The notes under the pieces were generated by a model. It saw only the letters and a list, made by a program, of their open reading frames with translations, was not told the origin of the DNA and did no database searches. Below, piece after piece: positions 1 through 8,585 of a stretch of DNA of 64,000 bases. This DNA is from Candidatus Omnitrophota bacterium. GTDB taxonomy: Bacteria; Omnitrophota; Gorgyraeia; Duberdicusellales; 4484-171. Every line of letters begins with the position of its first letter. Within the stretch, counting starts at the first letter, position 1. The stretch lies in the NCBI GenBank assembly GCA_041652815.1, contig JBAZGN010000001.1, positions 637,855-701,854 on the forward strand, written 5' to 3'. The position numbers were made by a program, and so were the translations under genes.

Positions 1-983
1 CAAAAGCCGTAATCAGCGCTAGCCCTAAAGACGAACGAACATTCGTTCTTACCTATGTGCTTAGCTGGATTAAGAAAGATTTAGAGAATCTAGGCATAAA
101 TTTCGATAACTGGGCCAGCCAGCAAAAAATTATCGATGATAAAAAAATAGAAAAAGTAATAGAAGTTCTTAAAGAAAAAGATTTAATTTACGATAAAGAA
201 GACGCCCTCTGGTTTTCTTCCACAAAATTCGGCGATGATAAGGACAGGGTTATTAAAAAAAGCGACGGAGAACTTACATATTTTGCTTCAGACATCGCTT
301 ATCATGAAGATAAGATAAAGCGCGGGGCGGACGAACTTGTAAATCTATGGGGCCCGGACCATCACGGCTATATTGAGCGGGTAAAATCTGCAATCAGTGC
401 TCTGGGTTATAACAGAGATATACTTAAAGTTATAATAATCCAGCTTGTAAGCCTAAAGACCAAGGAAAAGATGTCAAAAAGGAAAGGTACGGCAATACTT
501 CTTTCTGATTTGATAAAAGAAGTCGGGAAAGATACAACGAGGTTTTATTATCTTACAAGAAAAAATTCTTCACACCTTGATTTTGACATTGACCTCGCTA
601 AGGCAACTTCTTTCGAAAATCCTTTATATTATATCCAATATTGCTGCGCGCGTATTGAGAGTATTTTTGAAAAAGCCAAAGAGAAAAAGGTAAATATAAA
701 ATATAGCGTATTTTTACAAAGCGAAGAGGACCTATCGCTGACTAGGGCATTGTTGCAGTTTTCCTATATGCTTGAAAAAGCGTATTATGCTCTTGAGCCG
801 GTGTTTATTATCGAATACCTAAAAAGTATTGCTGCTTTGTTTCATAAGTTTTACGAAACAAACAGGGTGCTTGGTGAAGAAGAGAATATAGAAGGCGCCC
901 GGTTAAACCTATTGGCCGCAACAAGGATAGTTTTACATTGCGGATTGAATTTACTGGGGATAACTCCTGCGAAAAAGATGTGA
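1..983 (+). CDS. argS: Arginyl-tRNA synthetase, C-terminal approx. 327 aa; the 5' end lies upstream of the window. The frame is open from base 3 and the listed ORF starts at an internal GTG.
   Basis: A class I KMSK-type motif (EKMSKRKGTAI) and a DALR anticodon-binding-like C-terminus; no in-frame stop before position 57. Confidence 0.8.
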   Translation, partial: KAVISASPKDERTFVLTYVLSWIKKDLENLGINFDNWASQQKIIDDKKIEKVIEVLKEKDLIYDKEDALWFSSTKFGDDKDRVIKKSDGELTYFASDIAYHEDKIKRGADELVNLWGPDHHGYIERVKSAISALGYNRDILKVIIIQLVSLKTKEKMSKRKGTAILLSDLIKEVGKDTTRFYYLTRKNSSHLDFDIDLAKATSFENPLYYIQYCCARIESIFEKAKEKKVNIKYSVFLQSEEDLSLTRALLQFSYMLEKAYYALEPVFIIEYLKSIAALFHKFYETNRVLGEEENIEGARLNLLAATRIVLHCGLNLLGITPAKKM

Positions 984-1108
984 TACATAGATGATTGCAG
1001 ATGAAAAGCAGATAATCACAGATAGCAGGATTGTTGATTTTCTTTAAGAAGGCATTATAATGAAATTATCTGTGGTCATCTGTGATTCCTATCTGTGCTA
1101 ATTTGTGT
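984..1108. repeat. Family-1 element: heptamer iterons ATCTGTG/CACAGAT arranged as a large inverted repeat, directly upstream of recJ.
   Basis: The 19-mer TTATCTGTGGTCATCTGTG is identical at 1068-1086 and 3127-3145. The left arm carries reverse-oriented CAGAT(G/A)A units. The -10-like TGTTATAAA abuts the recJ ATG. Confidence 0.6.
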
Positions 1109-1116
1109 TATAAAAA

Positions 1117-2787
1117 ATGAAACGCAGGATTTGGAAAATAAAAGAATTTACCCCGCAAGTTAAAGATTTAAGCCAAAAGTATAATATATCCGTATATCTT
1201 GCCCAGATTCTACTCAATAGAGCGATTGACGAAAAACAATTCCCCGCCTTTTTAAACCATAGCATAGAGTTTTTGCATTCGTTTTCGCTTTTGCCTGATA
1301 TAAAAAAAGCCAGCCAGCGTGTGAAAAAAGCAATAGAGAAAAAAGAAAAGATTCTTATTGTCGGAGACTATGATGTTGATGGGGTTACTTCGCTTGCGAT
1401 TTTTAACGAATTTGTTAAAGAGCACCGGGAGTTGTTTTCTTTTTATATTCCGCACCGCGTCAACGATGGCTACGGCCTAAATACCGATGTGATAGAGCGC
1501 GCAAAAAAGGAAAATCAAACTTTAATTATTGCTTTTGATTGCGGCACGAATTCTTTAAAAGAAATAGAGTTGGCGTGCTCTTACGGTATTGACACAATAG
1601 TTATCGACCACCACCATCCCAGCAAAGATTTAAATAAAGCCTATGCATTTATAAACCCTAAACGGACAGATTCCGATTACCCCTTCAAAGATTTAAGTGC
1701 AGCTGCACTGGCATTTAAATTTCTACAGGCACTTACAAAAAAAGATTGTAAGGAAACGCTTGATTTGGTGGCATTGTCTTTAGTATGCGACGTAGTTCCG
1801 CTAAAAGGAGAAAACAGGGTGTTGTTAAAAGAAGGGCTTAAGATGCTACGTGTAAGCAGGCGGCCGGCGATTGAAGCACTATGCAAAGTAGCGAAAATAA
1901 AACAGGAAAATATAAATACTTTTCATATAGGTTATATCCTCGGCCCCCGCATTAATGCCTCCGGGAGAGTTGCCTCAGCGAATGATTCACTTGAAATGTT
2001 TTTAAGCAAAGACCTGGAAGAAGTTTTAAACATTGCTTCAAGGCTTCAGGAATATAATTTGAAGCGTAAAGCAATTGAAATGAATATTTTAAAAGAAGCT
2101 GAGCAAAAAATTGAGCAGGATAGCTCAAATGATTATGCAATAGTTGTGTCGGGAGAAAATTGGCATTCAGGAGTGCTTGGCATAGTTGCTTCCCGCCTGG
2201 TTGATAAATACTACAGGCCGTCTTTTGTAATTTCTTTTGATGATATTTTAGGCAGGGGTTCCGCGCGTTCGATACACAGCGTTCATCTAATGGAAGCCTT
2301 GGAAAACTGCGGCAGCACGCTTTGCGCTTACGGCGGGCACAAAAAAGCAGCGGGTTTAGAAATTTTCCGGGAAGGCCTGGAAGAGTTCAGACAACGAATA
2401 AATTTATATATTAAAAATAACACAAAGCCAACTGACCTTATTCCTATTCTTGATATAGATTTAAAATTAAATTTTAACGATGTAACTATAGAATTAATAG
2501 AAGAATTGAATAGATTAGAGCCCTTTGGAGAGGAAAATCCAAAACCAATGTTTGCAAGTTACTCTGTTTATAAAAAAAGTAAACCTAAGAAGATAAACAG
2601 CGGCTATACTGTATGGTTAAGCGATGGGGAGAAAACCCTGGAAGGGATAATCTACGATAGAGGGCTTCTTGAGATAATAGAGTATGCCGAGGAGTTCGAT
2701 ATGGCTTATTCTTTAGAAAAGAATGGCTTTCACAACGAGCCGCTACTAGTTATTAGGGACATTGCTCTTTCTGGCAGCAAAATTTAA
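1117..2787 (+). CDS. recJ: Single-stranded-DNA-specific exonuclease RecJ
   Basis: DHH phosphoesterase motifs (IVGDYDVDG, VIDHHH) and a DHHA1 GGH motif (GGHKKAAG); 556 aa. Confidence 0.85.
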   Translation: MKRRIWKIKEFTPQVKDLSQKYNISVYLAQILLNRAIDEKQFPAFLNHSIEFLHSFSLLPDIKKASQRVKKAIEKKEKILIVGDYDVDGVTSLAIFNEFVKEHRELFSFYIPHRVNDGYGLNTDVIERAKKENQTLIIAFDCGTNSLKEIELACSYGIDTIVIDHHHPSKDLNKAYAFINPKRTDSDYPFKDLSAAALAFKFLQALTKKDCKETLDLVALSLVCDVVPLKGENRVLLKEGLKMLRVSRRPAIEALCKVAKIKQENINTFHIGYILGPRINASGRVASANDSLEMFLSKDLEEVLNIASRLQEYNLKRKAIEMNILKEAEQKIEQDSSNDYAIVVSGENWHSGVLGIVASRLVDKYYRPSFVISFDDILGRGSARSIHSVHLMEALENCGSTLCAYGGHKKAAGLEIFREGLEEFRQRINLYIKNNTKPTDLIPILDIDLKLNFNDVTIELIEELNRLEPFGEENPKPMFASYSVYKKSKPKKINSGYTVWLSDGEKTLEGIIYDRGLLEIIEYAEEFDMAYSLEKNGFHNEPLLVIRDIALSGSKI

Positions 2788-3000
2788 TTTTCCGCTTTTT
2801 ATACACTTCGCGCAGACAAGGACTCTTTTTACCTTACCGTTTATAATGAGCCTTCTTTTTTGAAGGTTAGGCAAAAATCTCCTTTTTGTAATACCTGTGG
2901 TTTTCTTTCCTACGCCGCCTTCCCGTTTAGCTTTACCACGCCTGCGAATAGAATTTCCGCCTATAGCTTTTTTATCACAAATTACGCAACGTCTACTCAT
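2746..3000 (-). CDS. rpmB: 50S ribosomal protein L28
   Basis: N-terminal MSRRCVICDKK and KRRFLPNLQKRRL are typical of L28. The 3' end overlaps the recJ 3' end by 42 nt, convergent. Confidence 0.75.
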   Translation of the reverse strand: MSRRCVICDKKAIGGNSIRRRGKAKREGGVGKKTTGITKRRFLPNLQKRRLIINGKVKRVLVCAKCIKSGKLNFAARKSNVPNN

Positions 3001-3019
3001 TATTACAACTCCTTTTTTA

Positions 3020-3148
3020 ACACAGATGATCCCAGATTTGAAAGCAGATGATCACAGATGAATTCCAAAGTAATTGAAATACAATGGAAATACTGTATTT
3101 CTTATCTGTGATTATCTATGATTTTTTATCTGTGGTCATCTGTGTGTA
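3020..3148. repeat. Family-1 ATCTGTG-iteron element (inverted-repeat architecture) in the rpmB promoter region.
   Basis: CACAGATGATC, CAGATGATCACAGATG in one orientation and TTATCTGTGATTATCTATG, TTATCTGTGGTCATCTGTG in the other. Confidence 0.6.
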
Positions 3149-3299
3149 CAAAATTAGTATAACTATACTTATAAATTAACTATTGTCAAGCAAAATCTTA
3201 AGGTGTATTTTAAAAGCCATTGAAAATAAAGGGTTTTTACCGGTTTTCTTGTATTTTGCATAAAATTATGTTATATCGTAAATGAGCAAAAAGTTCTTT

Positions 3300-3524
3300 A
3301 AAACATGGAGAAATCTATATTGATAAGGGCAAACTATCCGAAAGGATAGGGCGCAACCCACGAACCAGAACGAAGTTCGGTTCGGGGTTGCCCGGAACCG
3401 AACTAGGTTCTGGTTCCGGGCAAAGCTCTAAGAGCCTAAAGCCGTAAGGCTATGGTAGTCAGCTGCCGATGTAGTAAAAAGAGTTTAAAACCCATAGTCA
3501 TTAATAAGGCTATGGGTTTTTTTA
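3300..3524 (+). ncRNA. Candidate structured non-coding RNA of unknown class, ending in an intrinsic terminator.
   Basis: A 10-bp perfect hairpin GCCCGGAACC...GGTTCCGGGC. Competing pairings CGAACCAGAAC/GTTCTGGTTCCG. Ends with the hairpin AAAACCCATAG...CTATGGGTTTTTTT. No ORF. Confidence 0.25.
3487..3524 (+). terminator. Rho-independent terminator (hairpin CCCATAG/CTATGGG followed by T7).
   Basis: Seen directly: aaaacccatagtcattaataaggctatgggttttttt. Confidence 0.6.
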
Positions 3525-3529
3525 TCAAA

Positions 3530-3773
3530 TGAGGCCAGCATTTTTCCAAGCCACGCCACCAAGGGTGGCAGGGCGCAGGGAAAATGTTAGGCCGAATTTG
3601 ACCCCGCCCTTTTGGCTGATTGGGTGGTGAGTTTTAATAAATTAAGCTTTAGCTAAACTATTGAATGTATTGTTCTATAATATTTATTGCCTCGCCAAAA
3701 GGGCGGGGTTCAATTCACAGACGGCTTACGCCTACGATTTACGTTCACTTCGTTGCCGTAAATCGTCTGCTCA
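3530..3773 (+). promoter_or_regulatory. Highly structured leader upstream of a small exported-protein gene. It carries a 16-bp perfect inverted repeat ACCCCGCCCTTTTGGC (3601-3616) / GCCAAAAGGGCGGGGT (3694-3709) that brackets a TATAAT.
   Basis: Nested hairpins GGCCAGCATTTTTCC...GGAAAATGTTAGGCC and GCCACCAAGGGTGGC. RBS GGAGG 7 nt before the ATG at 3789. Confidence 0.4.
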
Positions 3774-3788
3774 TTGAAGGAGGTGTCT

Positions 3789-4130
3789 ATGTTAAGGAAA
3801 ACCGTGGTTATGTTGCTTGTAAGTTTCATGGCAATATCCGTGGTGGCATTTGCTGAAGACCACAATGCACTTACCAAATTAGGCAGAGGCTTAGCTAACG
3901 CAGTTACCGGTATAGTAGAGGTTCCTAAGCAAATATACCTTGTTTCTAAGGAAAGAGAGCCTATTACAGGTATAACCTATGGTACGGCAAAAGGTATATG
4001 CTACGGGTTATTGCGTACAGGAGCAGGAGTTTACGACTCAGTAACATTCCCAATACCTCCTTACGATAAACCGATTATGGAACCTGAATATGCATTTGAA
4101 GGTTGGCAGCCTGAATCCGCAGAAAAATAA
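3789..4130 (+). CDS. Hypothetical small exported protein (signal peptide).
   Basis: N-terminal MLRKTVVMLLVSFMAISVVAFA signal-like segment. Start chosen at the ATG 7 nt after GGAGG; the ORF track starts at 3774. Confidence 0.5.
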   Translation: MLRKTVVMLLVSFMAISVVAFAEDHNALTKLGRGLANAVTGIVEVPKQIYLVSKEREPITGITYGTAKGICYGLLRTGAGVYDSVTFPIPPYDKPIMEPEYAFEGWQPESAEK

Positions 4131-4152
4131 TTAATCTCTGAGATTGTAGAAT

Positions 4153-4197
4153 AAAGGGTGTAAATTTTCGTAAAAGTTTACACCCTTTTATTTTTTC
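4153..4197 (+). terminator. Intrinsic terminator between convergent genes (hairpin AAAGGGTGTAAA/TTTACACCCTTT plus T-run).
   Basis: Seen directly: aaagggtgtaaattttcgtaaaagtttacaccctttattttttct. Confidence 0.6.
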
Positions 4198-4229
4198 TGC
4201 TTTAGCGAAAAATATTTCTTCGGGATTAA

Positions 4230-5309
4230 TTAAAGTGTTTTGTAAGCTTCGTCTATTCTTTGCAGCAGCCTGGGGTCTCGTTTCTTTGCAGCAAGTGCTT
4301 TTGCTTTTTTTAAATAAGAGGCAGCTTCTTTCTTATTTGCATTACTTATATGGACCATAGCGATGTTATAATAAATTTTTGGATTATTTTTTTCAAGATT
4401 TAACGCTTTATGCAAAGCGGAAAGGGCTTGGTCATATTTTTTAAGTTCCCCGAATATAGCACCCATATTCATATAAGCACTTACGTTTTCAGGGTTCAGT
4501 TTTATTGTTTTGCTAAAACAATCAAGAGCCTCGTCAAATTTTTTTGAATTCGTATACACAACCCCTAACCGGTAATAGCCTTCCTGATTGTCCGGCCCAA
4601 GTAAGATGCTTACTTTTAAAAGAGCTATTGCTTCCTCATTCCTTTTATTTTCAAAAGACAAAGAACCCTCCCTTAGAAGTTTTTCCGCCAGGTTTTTGTC
4701 TTCGGCATATTTTTTTGTAATCGGAAAAAGCATTTCATCGCAGCTACGTACAATATCTTTACGGCCCTGTTCCCTGAAAATTACTCTTGCCTTCAAAATA
4801 TCTATAAGAGCCAAATCTGTTTTATCATTTTTCAAATAGAGCATACCACGATTTAATAAAGCTTCGCCAAGAACAGGATTTATAGAAATAGCTTTGCTGT
4901 AATAATTAATAGCTTCAGGGTATTTTGATAGTTTCTGTAAGCACATGCCTAAATTGCAGAAGATAACATCTTGTTTTGTTTCATCCGGAAGTTTGCCCGC
5001 TTTTTCCAAAATAATTATTGCTTTCGCAAAATTTTTGCGTTTCATCGCAATTGCTGCCAGGTTTATATAGCTATCTGCTCTGTCCGGCATAAGCTCTTTA
5101 GCATTATAGAACAGATATTTTGCCTGGTTTAATTGATTTTTTTCAAAATAATACAAACCTTGCTCTATATAGTCTTTATACAATGTATCCGGGCTTATTC
5201 TCGAGGCGCCGCCAGCTGCGGGGTTGGTTTCCTCAATTTGTGTATTGGCAGTATTTATAAAAACAATATTTATAATAAAAATCAAAAAAAATAATTTTAC
5301 ATTTCTCAT
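4230..5309 (-). CDS. TPR-repeat protein with N-terminal signal peptide.
   Basis: Repeated TPR-like 34-aa units (AxxYYNLG..., A.ALxxNP); hydrophobic N-terminus MRNVKLFFLIFIINIVFINTANT. Confidence 0.65.
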   Translation of the reverse strand: MRNVKLFFLIFIINIVFINTANTQIEETNPAAGGASRISPDTLYKDYIEQGLYYFEKNQLNQAKYLFYNAKELMPDRADSYINLAAIAMKRKNFAKAIIILEKAGKLPDETKQDVIFCNLGMCLQKLSKYPEAINYYSKAISINPVLGEALLNRGMLYLKNDKTDLALIDILKARVIFREQGRKDIVRSCDEMLFPITKKYAEDKNLAEKLLREGSLSFENKRNEEAIALLKVSILLGPDNQEGYYRLGVVYTNSKKFDEALDCFSKTIKLNPENVSAYMNMGAIFGELKKYDQALSALHKALNLEKNNPKIYYNIAMVHISNANKKEAASYLKKAKALAAKKRDPRLLQRIDEAYKTL

Positions 5310-5371
5310 AAACGCATTAATTACAATCTATAGATAATTTATCAATTCGTTAATCATTTAATCGGCCAATA

Positions 5372-7312
5372 TTATATCTCTTGCCTTAACTGTTTTTCTG
5401 CATCTATCACATCGCGGTTTATCCTACTAAGACAATGAATGATTTTGATTTTTAGGTTTTCGCTGATAATTTTTGAAGAACGCATTTCTTTTAATACCTG
5501 AATACTCATTCTAAAATACCGTACAATCTCGCCTTCGTCTATTTCGCAAAATTTGTTCAACTTCGTAAAACTTGCCCCCTCTAACCAAGCTTGGGCAGCT
5601 TCGCTTAAATGGAAATAAAATTTTTTACTTAGTGGATAAACCCTAAATGACCTTTCCTGTTTATGGATGCCAGCAGTAAACCTATTCAATTCGTTTTTAA
5701 GCCGTTTTACTCTTTTGTTTAGTGTTGGTTTTTTTTCTCCTTTGCGCGGCTCATAAGTAAGGGCGTTGATTACTATAAATAAGCTTGCTTCGTCAAGTGA
5801 GTCAAGAAAACCCGTATCAAAAAGTTCGCCTATCTGCAGTTCAAAACTATAAACCTTGGATGCTAAATCCGCTTTCCAGCTTATTCCGCCTTCGATTATG
5901 TAGTTTAAACTTCTTAACAATGAAACTTTTCTTTTAAGTAAGCCCAGCACTTCTTTCTTTTCAAAAGAATCTGCCTGGCAGAAATGAAATGATTGAGGGT
6001 AAATATCAAAAATTTTATCCCCCATTATCTTGTATAAATTTAAAATTGTAGCATAACAAGAATTTAGCTGGCTTTCAATCGGCTCGTAATTGCCATAAAT
6101 TACATCAGATAGCGATGTGAGGTCTATGTGGCAGGGATTTATCTTCATAAGGACATTACCTTCTTTGTCTATACCGCGCCTTCCGGCGCGCCCGGCCATT
6201 TGATAAAAATCCCGTGTTTTTAAATAGCCATGATACCTTCCGTAAAATTTAGATAACGCGTCAAAAACAACGGTTCTCGCCGGCATATTTATTCCAAGGG
6301 CAAAAGTTTCTGTAGTAAAAATAAGTTTTATCAGGCCGGTTGTGAAAAGCTGTTCAATTATTTCTTTTAAAGTAGGAAGCAGCCCGGCATGGTGATAAGC
6401 AATGCCTTTCCTGATTAAAGGATATAAGAAGCTTACATGCGGAGAGGAGGAAATATCGAATTTCTCTACAAGCTCATTAAACAGTTTGGTCATTTTTGCT
6501 TGTTCATCTGGATTAAGAAAATTAAAATAGGCTACTTCCTGCGCCAAATCTTCGCAGCGCCTACGTGAGAAGGAAAAATACAAGCATGGCAAAGCATTAC
6601 TCTTCCTTAAATATTCAACAAGGGTATTCATTCTGTTTGCCCGCGCCTGGAGGTATTGATGGTGTGCGTAGCGGTCATTTATTTTTTCTTTAAGGTGGTT
6701 TGATTCTTTTAGAGCGTTTAAGCTCGGGAAAAATTCATTATTGCATTGGAAGAAAAAATGTAGCGGCACCGGACGGGTTTTTTCTTTAACCGCCATAAGC
6801 GGGAATTTATGGACTTTTTTAAACCATTCAACGAACTGGTCGATATTTGGTATGGTTGCGGAAAGCGCCAGCATTTTCATATGAGGCGGAAGCAAGATTA
6901 TTGCTTCTTCCCAAACAGTGCCTCTTTCTATGTCAGCAAGGTAATGTATTTCATCAAAAATAAGCCATTCTCGATGCTGAAATTCCTGGGGGTCAACCAA
7001 GATTGCGTTACGGAATATCTCAGTTGTCATAATTAAGATTGGTGCGTCCCGGTTAATGCTTACATCGCCGGTAAGAATTCCTACCTGATTTGGGTATTTT
7101 TTGGAGAAATCGCGGTATTTTTGGTTGGAAAGCGCTTTTATCGGAGCAGTATAGATTGCGCCTTTGTTGTTTTTTATACAGTCATTGATTATGTATTCGG
7201 CGATAAGAGTTTTACCCGCGCCGGTTGGCGCGCTCACAATTACGGAATTGCCGTCCTTTGCATAATCTATCGCTTCCTGCTGAAATTTGTCTAACTGAAA
7301 AGAATGTTCCAT
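5372..7312 (-). CDS. Superfamily-2 DEAD/DEAH-box helicase, Ski2/HelY-like.
   Basis: Motif I APTGAGKT, motif II DEIHYL, SAT, motif VI QMAGRAGRRG, and a C-terminal DSHCT-like segment (EIDEGEIVRYFR). Confidence 0.7.
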   Translation of the reverse strand: MEHSFQLDKFQQEAIDYAKDGNSVIVSAPTGAGKTLIAEYIINDCIKNNKGAIYTAPIKALSNQKYRDFSKKYPNQVGILTGDVSINRDAPILIMTTEIFRNAILVDPQEFQHREWLIFDEIHYLADIERGTVWEEAIILLPPHMKMLALSATIPNIDQFVEWFKKVHKFPLMAVKEKTRPVPLHFFFQCNNEFFPSLNALKESNHLKEKINDRYAHHQYLQARANRMNTLVEYLRKSNALPCLYFSFSRRRCEDLAQEVAYFNFLNPDEQAKMTKLFNELVEKFDISSSPHVSFLYPLIRKGIAYHHAGLLPTLKEIIEQLFTTGLIKLIFTTETFALGINMPARTVVFDALSKFYGRYHGYLKTRDFYQMAGRAGRRGIDKEGNVLMKINPCHIDLTSLSDVIYGNYEPIESQLNSCYATILNLYKIMGDKIFDIYPQSFHFCQADSFEKKEVLGLLKRKVSLLRSLNYIIEGGISWKADLASKVYSFELQIGELFDTGFLDSLDEASLFIVINALTYEPRKGEKKPTLNKRVKRLKNELNRFTAGIHKQERSFRVYPLSKKFYFHLSEAAQAWLEGASFTKLNKFCEIDEGEIVRYFRMSIQVLKEMRSSKIISENLKIKIIHCLSRINRDVIDAEKQLRQEI

Positions 7313-7321
7313 AAATAAAAT

Positions 7322-7398
7322 AGGTTAAGATCAAGGCTAAAGTTGAGGATATAAAAGGGAAAGATATTTTTACTTAACCTTAGCCTAAGCCTTAACCT
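7322..7398. repeat. Family-7 inverted-repeat element (GGTTAAG..AAGGCTAAAG / CTTAACCTTAGCCTAAGCCTTAACC).
   Basis: Related copy at 38634-38716 (AAGGCTAAGGCTGAGGTTAAG ... CCTAAACCTCAACCTAACC). Confidence 0.5.
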
Positions 7399-7461
7399 TT
7401 CTAAATATTATTATACCAGAAATTTTCAAATAATCTTAAGAAATGAATTGATGGTATAAGC

Positions 7462-8550
7462 TTATTTGTGGAATAAAACCGATATTATGTTTTTGATAAG
7501 CCTTATGCTGTGCTTAACAATTCTTTTGTTAGAGAGAATTGTTGGATGCCACCATTGAGGTTCATTGGTACAGAAGCAGTTATCAGATAAATCTTTCCTG
7601 ATTCTCTTCGCCTTGTCCGAATTCCATATTTTCTTAAAATCATAATTAGATTCTCTAAGGCTACCGAAAGGCATGGTATGTTCACAAGCCCCAACCAGGC
7701 CTTCGTTGTCAATAAACCCGCCCGCGATGCCGGCATAACAGGCGCCCTGTCGCTTATTCTGAGTTATGATTTTATATATATAGTCATACATCATAATTGT
7801 TCCGATTTTAATCGTAAGGTCAGTTTCAAATTTTCCTTTTAACATGTCCGCAACATAAATTTTAGTCCACTCTTTGTAAATATTTAATTTTAAATTACGC
7901 TTACAATTAGGATCTCTAGGTATGTCTCTTACCAAAAGCTGCGCCAAACAGTCGGGCCGCGGCTTTAGATTGTAAAAGTATTTATAAATCTCAAATATTT
8001 TATCCTGATTAAAAGCCGAAAATACAGTGTTAATTCCGACTTTAAGATTTTTGTATTTGTTTTTAAGGTTCATTAATAATTGGTAAGTTTCAATTGCCCT
8101 CAAGAATGCTCCGGGAGTGTCGCGGATTTTATCATGTTTATCCGAAATAGCATCAATTGAAACTTTAACAATTAAATGAACAGCTGGATGGTATTTTAAA
8201 AAATTATCTATCGTCGTAATTGTATTATCGATTAATTGCCCATTAGTAGAAATATTAAACGTTTTTGGCCTGGAGAATTCATAAATATTTTGCAATATTT
8301 CACAGAAATCTTTTCTAATAAAAGGTTCTCCCCCGGATAAATAGAGATAATCAATCGGGCCTAAACTATGGAAAATTTGTTTTATTTCCTCAGTAGTTAA
8401 GTCCAACTTTTTACTATTGCCTATTGCACCTTTCGGATTAGTATCGAACCAATTAAAACAATGTTTACAGCGGCAAACACATTGGTTAGTGACGAGGAAA
8501 GAAATTATTCGAGGAAGATTTTCTTTATGGGTATATTTTTTTATTTTCAC
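7462..8550 (-). CDS. Radical SAM enzyme with a C-terminal SPASM/twitch-like Cys cluster.
   Basis: CxxxCxxC (CVCRCKHC within NQCVCRCKHCF), GGEP SAM-binding motif, C-terminal C-x17-C (GxxxxC) ... CFC cysteines. Confidence 0.65.
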   Translation of the reverse strand: MKIKKYTHKENLPRIISFLVTNQCVCRCKHCFNWFDTNPKGAIGNSKKLDLTTEEIKQIFHSLGPIDYLYLSGGEPFIRKDFCEILQNIYEFSRPKTFNISTNGQLIDNTITTIDNFLKYHPAVHLIVKVSIDAISDKHDKIRDTPGAFLRAIETYQLLMNLKNKYKNLKVGINTVFSAFNQDKIFEIYKYFYNLKPRPDCLAQLLVRDIPRDPNCKRNLKLNIYKEWTKIYVADMLKGKFETDLTIKIGTIMMYDYIYKIITQNKRQGACYAGIAGGFIDNEGLVGACEHTMPFGSLRESNYDFKKIWNSDKAKRIRKDLSDNCFCTNEPQWWHPTILSNKRIVKHSIRLIKNIISVLFHK

Positions 8551-8585
8551 CTGAGGTTTAACATTGGGCGAATTCGGGCATACCG

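Noticed and set aside
2860-3051. A 63-aa plus-strand ORF antisense to rpmB, and a 63-aa ORF at 3665-3856.
   Set aside because: The first overlaps the L28 coding strand. The second spans a promoter or leader and the signal-peptide region of the 3789 gene in another frame. Neither has coding support.
984-3148. ATCTGTG/TTATCTGTG clusters as DnaA boxes or an origin of replication.
   Set aside because: The DnaA box is TTATCCACA. The iterons here end in TGTG on the same strand (reverse complement CACAGATAA, not TGTGGATAA). There are multiple dispersed copies and no dnaA or dnaN nearby.
3300-3524. Identification of the structured RNA as SRP RNA, tmRNA, RNase P RNA or 6S RNA.
   Set aside because: It shows no GGAA-tetraloop domain-IV motif (SRP), no tRNA-like acceptor with tag ORF (tmRNA), and no RNase P CR-I/CR-IV motifs. 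A 6S central bubble cannot be verified by eye. It is left unclassified.
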